Positions 10,195-18,708 of a stretch of DNA of 64,000 nucleotides are shown here, in pieces. Positions within the stretch are counted from its first letter, which is position 1. Each line of letters begins with the position of its first letter. This DNA comes from Nitrospinaceae bacterium. Its GTDB lineage: Bacteria > Nitrospinota > Nitrospinia > Nitrospinales > Nitrospinaceae. The notes below the pieces were generated by a model. The model searched no databases. It had not been told where the DNA came from and saw only the letters and a list, made by a program, of their open reading frames with translations. The stretch lies in contig OZ245011.1 in assembly GCA_965223665.1 (NCBI GenBank), forward strand, positions 1,280,001-1,344,000, in the 5' to 3' direction. The translations under genes were made by a program, and so were the position numbers.

Positions 10195-11385
10195 TTATTG
10201 GCCCATCACCCTTAGCAAATTTCCTGCAGCATATGTTCGAATGACTAATTGTGGATCATCTAACATCTGAAGTAAAAGGGAAAACGCTTCTACACCCCCC
10301 ATCATGCCAACCGCCCGAACCGCAGCTGTTCGAACCCGAGTTGTTGAATCAGACAGTGCGGTGGCCAATATTTTTGAACGTTGCGAAATAGGAGTACTTC
10401 CTAAAATACGAGCTGTACTGCTTCGAACCCCAAAATCGGGATGCCTGATCAAACTGTCAAAGTTTTTTTCACAAACATTTTCTCCCTGCCGGTTTAAAGA
10501 AACAGCTGCTGTTAACGAAACCAAGGGATCCGGATCATCACAAAAAGCTTCAATGTGTTTTTTAGTGGCAGTTTTTGGAAGATATCCTAATTCTAAAATA
10601 ACTTCACGCCTGACCTTGGGATCAGAGTGCTGGCTAAGTCGAATCAAATTTCGAAAAAATCCCATATCTATTTTTTCGCCAATTGCTTTTAAACTTCGCG
10701 TGAGCACTTCAGAGTCCTGTCCTTGAAGTAAAACTCCTAAATGCGACAAAGAATTCTCATTTCCGATTTTTCCCAAATAAAAAATAGCCTGGTATTTATT
10801 AATTAGATCTCCGCTATCTAATGAATCCACTAATTCATCAAAGTTTTTTTTATCACCCAATTTATAAAGAGCATAATGTGTGGCTAATCGAACCATTCGG
10901 TCTGGGGTGTTCAAAGACAATTTAATTTTAGGAATATCTTGAGGTAATCCCAAATCTGCTAAAATATCCAAAGCGGTACTTTTGACCCAAATATTAGTAT
11001 CCTCCAAACGATCTAGAGCCACCACTCGTGCCTCTTCGGTGGAAATATTTTTCAATCCTTGAAGAGAAAATTGTCGAGTAGTTGGATAAAAATCCCTGCT
11101 ACCCTTTTTCAATAAAGGTATTAATTTTTCATCTTTAGATTCACCGGCAGCCCTTACCGCTCCACTGCGAATAAAGGCCTCTTCACTCGACATTGCTTCT
11201 TCTATAATCGAATAACAGCGATTCCGAATTTTTCTCAGAGTTTCATCCGGTTTGTTAGTGGATTTTTGGGCTTGGGTATTATCGGATCCCCAAACCAAAA
11301 AGACAGAAACCACAATTCCAAAAATTAACCCATTTTTTCTAATTAAAAGGTAATAACATTTCTTTATTAAACAATGATATTTCAT
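10195..11385 (-). CDS. HEAT-repeat protein, probably exported
   Basis: N-terminal hydrophobic segment; repeated L.D.D..VR..A..ALG units. Confidence 0.8.
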   Translation of the reverse strand: MKYHCLIKKCYYLLIRKNGLIFGIVVSVFLVWGSDNTQAQKSTNKPDETLRKIRNRCYSIIEEAMSSEEAFIRSGAVRAAGESKDEKLIPLLKKGSRDFYPTTRQFSLQGLKNISTEEARVVALDRLEDTNIWVKSTALDILADLGLPQDIPKIKLSLNTPDRMVRLATHYALYKLGDKKNFDELVDSLDSGDLINKYQAIFYLGKIGNENSLSHLGVLLQGQDSEVLTRSLKAIGEKIDMGFFRNLIRLSQHSDPKVRREVILELGYLPKTATKKHIEAFCDDPDPLVSLTAAVSLNRQGENVCEKNFDSLIRHPDFGVRSSTARILGSTPISQRSKILATALSDSTTRVRTAAVRAVGMMGGVEAFSLLLQMLDDPQLVIRTYAAGNLLRVMGQ

Positions 11386-12253
11386 CCCACGAATTCAAGT
11401 TTGAATTTAATAATTTCACATAGCATTTTATAGCTTCCCCATACATTTCAGAATCTTCAAGTTTACCTCTATTACGAAATCCCGTTTCTAATATAGAACA
11501 TTTCTCGATCAACATTTCCAAGACCCATTTTCTTTTTTCTTCACTTAGTGTCTTTTCTCGTAAGAGCTTCTCTAAAGAATAAACCCTAAAACGATCCATT
11601 CCCCAAAATTTTTGGGAAAGTTGATCAGCGTGTCCCCCGTATTTAAAAATTAATGGAGTTTCTAAAAATTTAACATGATACCTGGCAGTCAACCGTAACC
11701 AAAAATCATAATCCTCACAGACCAACATATCTTCATCGAAAAATCCTATCTCTTTAAATACAGACGCTCGTAACATAACAGAAGAAGGACTTATAATACA
11801 AAGGGGCAAAGAATGCCGAAATATATCACCAGAGTATTTTTGGTGTTTTTTTTTAGGATTTACTCTCTTGCCACGCCGAATCCAAATTTCATCTGTATAG
11901 CAGGCCTGCGCATTTAAGTGATTCTCCATGAATTGCCATTGTTTTTCTAACTTGTTGGACTTCCATGAGTCGTCCGAATCTAAGAAACAAACATATTTTC
12001 CCTGAGCTTTTTCCAAACCCAAATTTCTAGATGCAGAAACGCCCGAGTTTGTTTTAAAACTTAATATGGTAACCCCCGAATACGCTTTTAATTTCTCTTG
12101 AGTTGAGTCGGTTGAGCCATCATCGACAACAATCAATTCAAATTCCTTAAAAGATTGATTTAAAACAGATTCAACTGATCGCTCCAAACACCAATCTCTA
12201 TTATAAGTAGGTAAAATAACCGATACCTCGGGATTGTTTATTTTGGAGACCAT
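11339..12253 (-). CDS. Glycosyltransferase family 2
   Basis: VSVILPTYNR, VVDDGSTD, FLDSDD, CEDYDFWLR. Confidence 0.9.
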   Translation of the reverse strand: MVSKINNPEVSVILPTYNRDWCLERSVESVLNQSFKEFELIVVDDGSTDSTQEKLKAYSGVTILSFKTNSGVSASRNLGLEKAQGKYVCFLDSDDSWKSNKLEKQWQFMENHLNAQACYTDEIWIRRGKRVNPKKKHQKYSGDIFRHSLPLCIISPSSVMLRASVFKEIGFFDEDMLVCEDYDFWLRLTARYHVKFLETPLIFKYGGHADQLSQKFWGMDRFRVYSLEKLLREKTLSEEKRKWVLEMLIEKCSILETGFRNRGKLEDSEMYGEAIKCYVKLLNSNLNSWDEISLFNKEMLLPFN

Positions 12254-12505
12254 AATTTATTGGAATATCCTCAATAAGTTCAAAATGTTAAACGATTTTA
12301 GTTAAAAGGCGGATTATAACATCTTGTTTTTTAAAGCTTAACTATGGGTTTAATCATCAGATAAATGTCTTGACAAAAGCTGTATTTTCACATATTACTT
12401 ACTGCTTCGCGAACCATTTATTAGATGTTAAAATTAGCTATCTTTTTTAAATGGATTCCCGGCTGAAAGTTGTGGATAAGTTGAATATTCCTCAAAGGTA
12501 GGTTT

Positions 12506-13519
12506 ATGAAATACCCTGAAGTTGTGGCTTTTTTTCAAAATGACCTTGTACAGGTAGAACGAGCTCTCAGGAGCAATTATCGATCTGAGATTTCTATTGT
12601 TCCGGAAATTGGTGATTACATTATGAGCGCAGGGGGAAAACGAATTCGCCCTCTCCTACTGCTTTTAAGTTCAAGGCTTTGTGGACTCCCACTCAATGAA
12701 AATGTCATAAAGCATTGTTGTGTTGTAGAGTATGTCCATGCCGCATCATTACTTCATGATGATGTTGTGGATGAAACCACTCTCCGAAGGGGACGTCAAA
12801 CCGTAAATTCAAAATGGGGAAGTGACGCTAGCATTTTGGTGGGCGACTATTTAATTTCACGATCCATCCTTTTATTGGCTGATGACGTAGACCAAAAGAT
12901 ATTTAAAACGTTTTCCGAAGCAGCTAAGGTCCTCGTTGAAGGTGGACTTTTAGAATACTGCAATGCTAGAGATATTTTAATAACAGAGGAGTTATGTCAA
13001 AAGATAATTTATGGCAAAACTGCCTCCATCATGGAACTTAGCTGTCAATTGGGCGCTCAATTGGCTAAGAGTGAACCTATTGAAGAGAAAGCCCTTGCCG
13101 AATTTGGAAAAAACCTTGGGATGGCCTTTCAAGTGATTGATGATCTATTAGATTATGATGGCGATCCGGAACTACTGGGAAAACCGGTAGGAACTGATTT
13201 TAAAGAAGGCCATGTGACACTTCCATTATTATATCTCTATCAAAAGGCGGAGAGGTCATTAAAAAGGGAGATAGAAGCTTTCATTGACAATGAGAATATC
13301 ATTCAAAAAGATTACGAATATATTACTGAAAAGATGCGTGAATATCGCATATTTGAACAAGTTTTTGAAAAGGCCTGTTTACATATTGATAACGCGAAAA
13401 GATCTTTATCCGGAAAAAACTTTGCGGAGCCCAAATATATTGAATTTCTTACCGCAGTAGCAGACTTTGTTATAGAAAACTACCTGTCAAATCGCCCTTC
13501 TTTAACCCCCATTCCTTAA
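12506..13519 (+). CDS. ispB: Trans-polyprenyl diphosphate synthase (IspB-like)
   Basis: GGKRIRP, HDDVVD...RRG, GKTA, FQVIDDLLD, GKPVGTD. Confidence 0.88.
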   Translation: MKYPEVVAFFQNDLVQVERALRSNYRSEISIVPEIGDYIMSAGGKRIRPLLLLLSSRLCGLPLNENVIKHCCVVEYVHAASLLHDDVVDETTLRRGRQTVNSKWGSDASILVGDYLISRSILLLADDVDQKIFKTFSEAAKVLVEGGLLEYCNARDILITEELCQKIIYGKTASIMELSCQLGAQLAKSEPIEEKALAEFGKNLGMAFQVIDDLLDYDGDPELLGKPVGTDFKEGHVTLPLLYLYQKAERSLKREIEAFIDNENIIQKDYEYITEKMREYRIFEQVFEKACLHIDNAKRSLSGKNFAEPKYIEFLTAVADFVIENYLSNRPSLTPIP

Positions 13520-13619
13520 ATAAAACAATTAGTTAGTTGAAACCGTTTTGAAAATTAGTTGCAGTTCTTTCTTTCTAGACTTACATTAATAAAGAGTGTG
13601 TCTGAAAAAAAAGGGACTC

Positions 13620-14138
13620 ATGAATACTTATCAACATCCCTATGTACAGCTTGCCAAGGATTCAGTTAGATATTTTCTTTCACATAAGCAAAAGCTACCT
13701 TGCCCGCAAAAATTATCTAAAGACTTAAGAGAACAAGCCGCTTCTTTTGTATCGATTAGAAAGAATAAGCAACTGAGAGGATGCATTGGATCGCTAGAGC
13801 CACAAGAACCCAATTTGGCAATGGAGATTATAGAAAATGCTGTAAAAGCCGCTCATTCAGATCCTCGTTTCGACCCAATTACTCCAGACGAAATGGATCA
13901 ATTAACTTTTTCTATTGATGTATTGACTCCATTAGAAAAAGTGCCGAATTCCGCTTGTCTAGACCCCAGGGTTTATGGGCTGGTAGTGAAAAGTAATGAA
14001 AACCAGGGAGTTTTGTTACCAGACATAGAGGGAGTTGCTACAGTCAAGGAACAACTGGGAATATGTCGGGCAAAGGGGAAAATTAAAGAAGCGGATCCGC
14101 AAGAGTTGTATCGATTCAAAGTTTATCGATTCCAATAA
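13620..14138 (+). CDS. AMMECR1-domain protein (AmmeMemoRadiSam protein A-like)
   Basis: FVSI..LRGCIG, AAHSDPRF, GVLLP; ATG at 13620 preferred (GGGA upstream). Confidence 0.88.
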   Translation: MNTYQHPYVQLAKDSVRYFLSHKQKLPCPQKLSKDLREQAASFVSIRKNKQLRGCIGSLEPQEPNLAMEIIENAVKAAHSDPRFDPITPDEMDQLTFSIDVLTPLEKVPNSACLDPRVYGLVVKSNENQGVLLPDIEGVATVKEQLGICRAKGKIKEADPQELYRFKVYRFQ

Positions 14139-14170
14139 AAAAGCCGCCCAGAAAAGCTCTGGACGGCTTT
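14137..14170. terminator. Probable bidirectional intrinsic terminator between convergent genes
   Basis: AAAAAAGCCGCCCAGA-AAAGC-TCTGGACGGCTTT hairpin with A/T tails. Confidence 0.7.
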
Positions 14171-14185
14171 ATAAGTTATTTTACT

Positions 14186-16891
14186 TTACCCTACATAAGC
14201 ACACTTGCTTGCAGGGGTACGGGTGTCCATATTCTTGCCACGATTGGTGTGGTCATCAATCTCAGCCGCGCAGCCAATCATTCGACCAAATAGAAAGGCC
14301 ATGAAACTCGCCCATTCAATATCCTCTTCTTTGTATTTACCCTCTTTATAATCAGACCAAACCATTTTAAGAAGAATAACCGCAATTACTGCATCCACAT
14401 TTACGCAGTAAACATTCTTAGTAACCTTCGTTTTAAAGAGGGCTTGGACTAAATGGTGATAAAAATCCAGAAACACATTATAAAGTCCCTTTTCTTTAAA
14501 TAGACCACTAACATATTCTTCACGGGGATCTACATTAACATCCTTACCTTTGAACACAGGATGATTTACGCAAGGAATCTTATCGTACGCCAAATTACCC
14601 AACCCTTTCTGCTCCTTTTTATATTTCCCATAAAAAGAAGCATACTCCGTGGCAATCTTTTCTAAATCAACACCATGTTTAGAATCAGCCGGATCCTTTA
14701 AAGCGGTATTCTTGAACTGGTCAATTAAAAATGCCGCCGCTTCATAACCATTTCCTCCATGCGCAAAACCTGTGTGGGTTAAGAACCCGATGAAGCTTTT
14801 ATTAATTTGCACTCGATCAGGTTGCTCCGGACCATCCGCACTTACCGCTCCCTTAGAGCCTTGTGCGGAAATTGTTCCCGGTCCATTAGTGATAATCAAA
14901 CCTAATAAAACTTGAAATTCAAACAATTCCCCTTCAGTAGGTTGGCGTCCCATTAATGCTAAAAAGGCCGTTTTGGTAAAACTTTGTTGTAATAGATCCT
15001 CATTTTTAACCCCACAGAATGAATCTTCTGATTGCAAATCTGCCGGGGCAGCAACACCCACCATAGTGCTAAATATCGCTCCATACCAAGGCAACCGAAC
15101 TAAAGTGGACTGAGAAATTTTCTTGGTCCTTAAACTTTGCCATCCAAGAGTTACCCATGCTGCCGCAATAATGCTGTCCATGGATACGTTTCCACCATGT
15201 TCTTTAGCAAAATCATTTAAAAAACCAAAGAATACAGACTTATCCTTAAATGCCTCAATAGCCTTTCCTGCACATGCATTAGATTCAGAAGAAAGTAAAG
15301 CTTCTTTATGACCTGCTGCTCCAGAAATTAATGATTTATAATCAAAACTCTCTTCAGGGTTATCCATTGAACTGAGTTTAAAAATATCCAGCAGTGCCGA
15401 GGCTGCATCCATGGCGGATTGAGCAGATTTTTTACCAACTATGGAAACTGCAGCAGATAAAACTGTATTAGGTGAACTTCCCGCATCTCGAGAAGCGGAA
15501 GCAGCCGCCAAAGTTGGTTTGCCGTGTTGATTCACCCCTCCATTTAATACTGCATTTACCAATTGGATACCTGTTGCAGAAGGATAAACCTTGGTAAGCG
15601 CAAACACCAGGTTCTCCTCAAACGATTTATTGGATGCATCTAAAATGGAAACATTGTGAATTTGTGAAACTTGAGTTTTGGGATCCATTTTAGAGGCTCC
15701 ACTTGCATCTTTTAAAGTTTCACGACTGGGTTGGGCTCCCACTTGTAATTTCAAAGAATCAATTTGTTGATTATAAGGGTCGATGGCTTCTACTGGTTTA
15801 ATATCTAAATTTTGAGGTAATGTAATACCATTATTGTTACCAAACCAACATTTCAAAGCAAGACTACCCTTTGGCGCAAAATCAGGTTCCGAACCATTTA
15901 ATTTCATAACAGCTGTTAATGCTTCTGGGATATGAGCAATGTTGGTAACCAAAGCGCCTTTTTTAGAAATTACTGGATTCTCCGGTGTGTAGATATCGTT
16001 CACACCAAAATACTCTTTAAACCAATTTTCTTTTGCAATAGCATCGTCCCCAGCACCTGCAAGAGACCCTGCATGTCCACAGGACTTGGTCAATTTAGCT
16101 TTCCAGCGTCCTACTACACAAGCAATAATCGGTTTGTCAGATTGTATTCCTTTTTCATACATTCCACCAGGCTCACAGTATATGACTCCCGCTTTAGATC
16201 GGTCATCATTATTAAATCCGTGAATAAATTCGTGAGGTCCATAATGGATATAAACATCTTTACCGCTGGAAACCGACGTAGTGGTTCCCCAACCAGCGGT
16301 AGATAAATAAACCGCGATGGTGGTCGTAAAGTTTCCTGAGTTTGAAAAAATAGCAACAGAACCTTTAATTAAAGATTCTTCCGGACTGTTCCCTCCTAAA
16401 GCGCCCCCTAGACGAACATGATTCCATGCATCCGCAAGCCCCAGGCAATTCCCACCAAATAAATCCACACCATTGGTTTGACAAATCGCTCGCATAATTC
16501 GCGAATCCTTTACCGAAACCTTCTCAGTCAAAACAATTACTTTTTCCAAATCCGGGTTTTCCCTGACGGCTTCAGCCACCCCATCTTTAACCCCTGATGG
16601 AGGCAAATAAACAACCGCAGTATTAAATTTATGGCCCGCTTCAATTCCTTCTTTTATTGAGTTATAAACAGGAATTTTCCCAATTTTGGTAGGTAAAGAT
16701 TTCCCTGACTTACCTGGTCCTGTTCCAAACACAATATTTCCTCCAGAATACTCATGGCTGGTTGGGGTCACCGTAGAACTCTCTTTACCCAATATATTCA
16801 AAACCACAACTCGGTCATCTTTAGTCGCAAGCTCTGACAATGAATTGATTCCGACGTAATAGGGGAATTCTCCCACTCCTTCTTTATGCAT
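14186..16891 (-). CDS. aclA: ATP citrate lyase alpha subunit, long (putative type II) form
   Basis: SucD-like CoA-binding/ligase N-terminus (GGNCLG, SNSGNFTT, EPGG, phospho-His GHAG) plus C-terminal citrate-synthase-like lyase domain (HGGNG, HPVFK, NVDAVIA); 901 aa. Confidence 0.85.
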   Translation of the reverse strand: MHKEGVGEFPYYVGINSLSELATKDDRVVVLNILGKESSTVTPTSHEYSGGNIVFGTGPGKSGKSLPTKIGKIPVYNSIKEGIEAGHKFNTAVVYLPPSGVKDGVAEAVRENPDLEKVIVLTEKVSVKDSRIMRAICQTNGVDLFGGNCLGLADAWNHVRLGGALGGNSPEESLIKGSVAIFSNSGNFTTTIAVYLSTAGWGTTTSVSSGKDVYIHYGPHEFIHGFNNDDRSKAGVIYCEPGGMYEKGIQSDKPIIACVVGRWKAKLTKSCGHAGSLAGAGDDAIAKENWFKEYFGVNDIYTPENPVISKKGALVTNIAHIPEALTAVMKLNGSEPDFAPKGSLALKCWFGNNNGITLPQNLDIKPVEAIDPYNQQIDSLKLQVGAQPSRETLKDASGASKMDPKTQVSQIHNVSILDASNKSFEENLVFALTKVYPSATGIQLVNAVLNGGVNQHGKPTLAAASASRDAGSSPNTVLSAAVSIVGKKSAQSAMDAASALLDIFKLSSMDNPEESFDYKSLISGAAGHKEALLSSESNACAGKAIEAFKDKSVFFGFLNDFAKEHGGNVSMDSIIAAAWVTLGWQSLRTKKISQSTLVRLPWYGAIFSTMVGVAAPADLQSEDSFCGVKNEDLLQQSFTKTAFLALMGRQPTEGELFEFQVLLGLIITNGPGTISAQGSKGAVSADGPEQPDRVQINKSFIGFLTHTGFAHGGNGYEAAAFLIDQFKNTALKDPADSKHGVDLEKIATEYASFYGKYKKEQKGLGNLAYDKIPCVNHPVFKGKDVNVDPREEYVSGLFKEKGLYNVFLDFYHHLVQALFKTKVTKNVYCVNVDAVIAVILLKMVWSDYKEGKYKEEDIEWASFMAFLFGRMIGCAAEIDDHTNRGKNMDTRTPASKCAYVG

Positions 16892-16929
16892 TGGTTCTAA
16901 CCTCCAATTATTAAAATCTGGATTTCCAG

Positions 16930-18198
16930 TTATTTAATGTTCATACCTTTTTTAATTTCTTCTTTACCGCCATTAAGCATCCATTGGTTTACCGATTTGG
17001 CATAATTGATAACTTCAGACATCGCACTATCATGCCCAAAAAATCGGTAAGGCAACCCTAGTGAATCGCAGGTATCTCGTAAATACGACATGCCCCGAAT
17101 CAAATTTGGACCACCCCTACCAACGACGACAAACAAAGGATGAGGACCATAGGATTGGAAATACCATTTTATGCCATCAGCCATGGCACGAAAGGTTTCA
17201 TATATATCGGTATTGTTCGCTTTACCACCGATAATAAACAATACATTAGTTTGGGGTAACCAATGCTTAAAAGTAATTTTAGAAATTTCATTCATTTTTG
17301 CGTAAGGAGGGTTTCCTCCAAAATCCGAAGAAATCGTTGCATCATCACCTAGCATTTCAGTAACCATAGCGTTTGCACCACCACCAAAAGTCGGAGAAGT
17401 AATGCTTCCCTGATCATTAATTACATAAACGTCACTTTGGCCCTGATAGGTTCTTAGTTGGTTAATCTCCTGCTCAAATTCAGAGTCATCGGAGGCAAAT
17501 AAGTCATCAGGTAAATGTAAACGCTTCCAGGCAGGATCATCCTGGTCAAAGGCACATTTAAAATCACAAGCGACCGGTGTAATTCGTTTGCCATCATTTC
17601 GCATACGAATTGGATTCAATTCCAACATCAACATGCCATAGTTGTTATATAAATCCCATAACTTAGGCAGATTCTGAACCAGAGGACTAATAATGGCCTG
17701 AGGAGCTCCTAAATTAGTTAAAGCATTCGAAACATGAAATGCTTTTAACCCTGTAAGAGGATCAAAAGGAACCACTGCCAGCTTATCCGCAGGCAATTCT
17801 TCAATATCCACTCCACCATGATGGGTAATAGTCATAGCTGGGGATCGGTATTGAGTGTTGTCAGATATGGAAAAATAAACTTCGATATCCGCTGGAACAC
17901 CGCCTTCAAAAGTAACCCCATTGGATTTTGCAGTTACATTGCCGAATTCATGGGTGGCAAAATAAAGCCGCTCTTTTTCCTTTAAGGCATCGGTAATATT
18001 ATCCACACGACCGAGCAAACCGGACTTACCTTTCTTACCCACACCTCCCTTAAACACGGGCTTAATGAAAACCTGCCCATGCTTTTTAATCATTTCCTTT
18101 ATTTCATCTACACTCAGTTCAGGACCACGCACATCGGAGCGAGGAAACTCTACAAGGTCCAGCAACTTCCTCCCCCAAAGCATTCCAGTGATTTGCAT
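16930..18198 (-). CDS. aclB: ATP citrate lyase beta subunit (SucC-like ATP-grasp and citrate-binding)
   Basis: IKP..GGVGKKGKSGL, GGVDIEE, LELNP, FGGGAN, DFGGNP, IGGKANNTD, GRGGPN; directly upstream of aclA; RBS AGGAG. Confidence 0.85.
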   Translation of the reverse strand: MQITGMLWGRKLLDLVEFPRSDVRGPELSVDEIKEMIKKHGQVFIKPVFKGGVGKKGKSGLLGRVDNITDALKEKERLYFATHEFGNVTAKSNGVTFEGGVPADIEVYFSISDNTQYRSPAMTITHHGGVDIEELPADKLAVVPFDPLTGLKAFHVSNALTNLGAPQAIISPLVQNLPKLWDLYNNYGMLMLELNPIRMRNDGKRITPVACDFKCAFDQDDPAWKRLHLPDDLFASDDSEFEQEINQLRTYQGQSDVYVINDQGSITSPTFGGGANAMVTEMLGDDATISSDFGGNPPYAKMNEISKITFKHWLPQTNVLFIIGGKANNTDIYETFRAMADGIKWYFQSYGPHPLFVVVGRGGPNLIRGMSYLRDTCDSLGLPYRFFGHDSAMSEVINYAKSVNQWMLNGGKEEIKKGMNIK

Positions 18199-18460
18199 CT
18201 CAATTCTCCTGCCTAAAAAATTACTTAGTTTAAGTTTACCTTTTTGGGCATCTAAAATTTTGAAGTTACTGCAGGTTATTCACCCTGGTGATTGGTGAAA
18301 ACAAGCACAATTAAAAAACCAATTTTTAGAGGCCCTTTATATAAATTTTTATCATCGGGCGAACAATATATACCCTTAGAGAGCTTTCAAAAACAATACA
18401 CTCCCTGCTAATGACGGATTTATTTGGATCGAGAGTGGGAACTCTAGATTGGAACGCACT

Positions 18461-18488
18461 ATTTTAAAAAAATTAGCGATTTTGTCAA
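18461..18488 (-). promoter_or_regulatory. Candidate sigma70 promoter for aclBA
   Basis: Minus strand TTGACA (18488-18483), 16-nt spacer, TAAAAT (18466-18461). Confidence 0.5.
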
Positions 18489-18635
18489 CGGATTTGGGCA
18501 AATCCTTATAAAATATGTAGGGAAATCGAACTTTTCCTCAAATTTTTCCTTTCTCTACTGGGAACTTTCGGGATTTCTTTCATTCATATCTGCAATCCGG
18601 GGATTATCTTTATTCTTTTCAATTACATAATTCAT

Positions 18636-18685
18636 AAAAAAAGCCCGTGAGCCTGGCAGTTTTTATCTGCCAAACCCACAGGCTT
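18636..18685 (-). terminator. Intrinsic terminator of the giant surface protein gene
   Basis: Minus-strand RNA AAGCCUGUGGGUUUGGCAG-AUAAAAA-CUGCCAGGCUCACGGGCUU then U5: 19-bp stem with 4 G-U pairs, fully paired only on the minus strand. Confidence 0.85.
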
Positions 18686-18708
18686 GATTTTTTAATTAAA
18701 AAGGAGTT

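Noticed and set aside
12471-12479. Perfect DnaA box (TGTGGATAA) upstream of ispB
   Set aside because: Single copy with no box cluster or dnaA/dnaN nearby; could be chance, and is not oriC evidence
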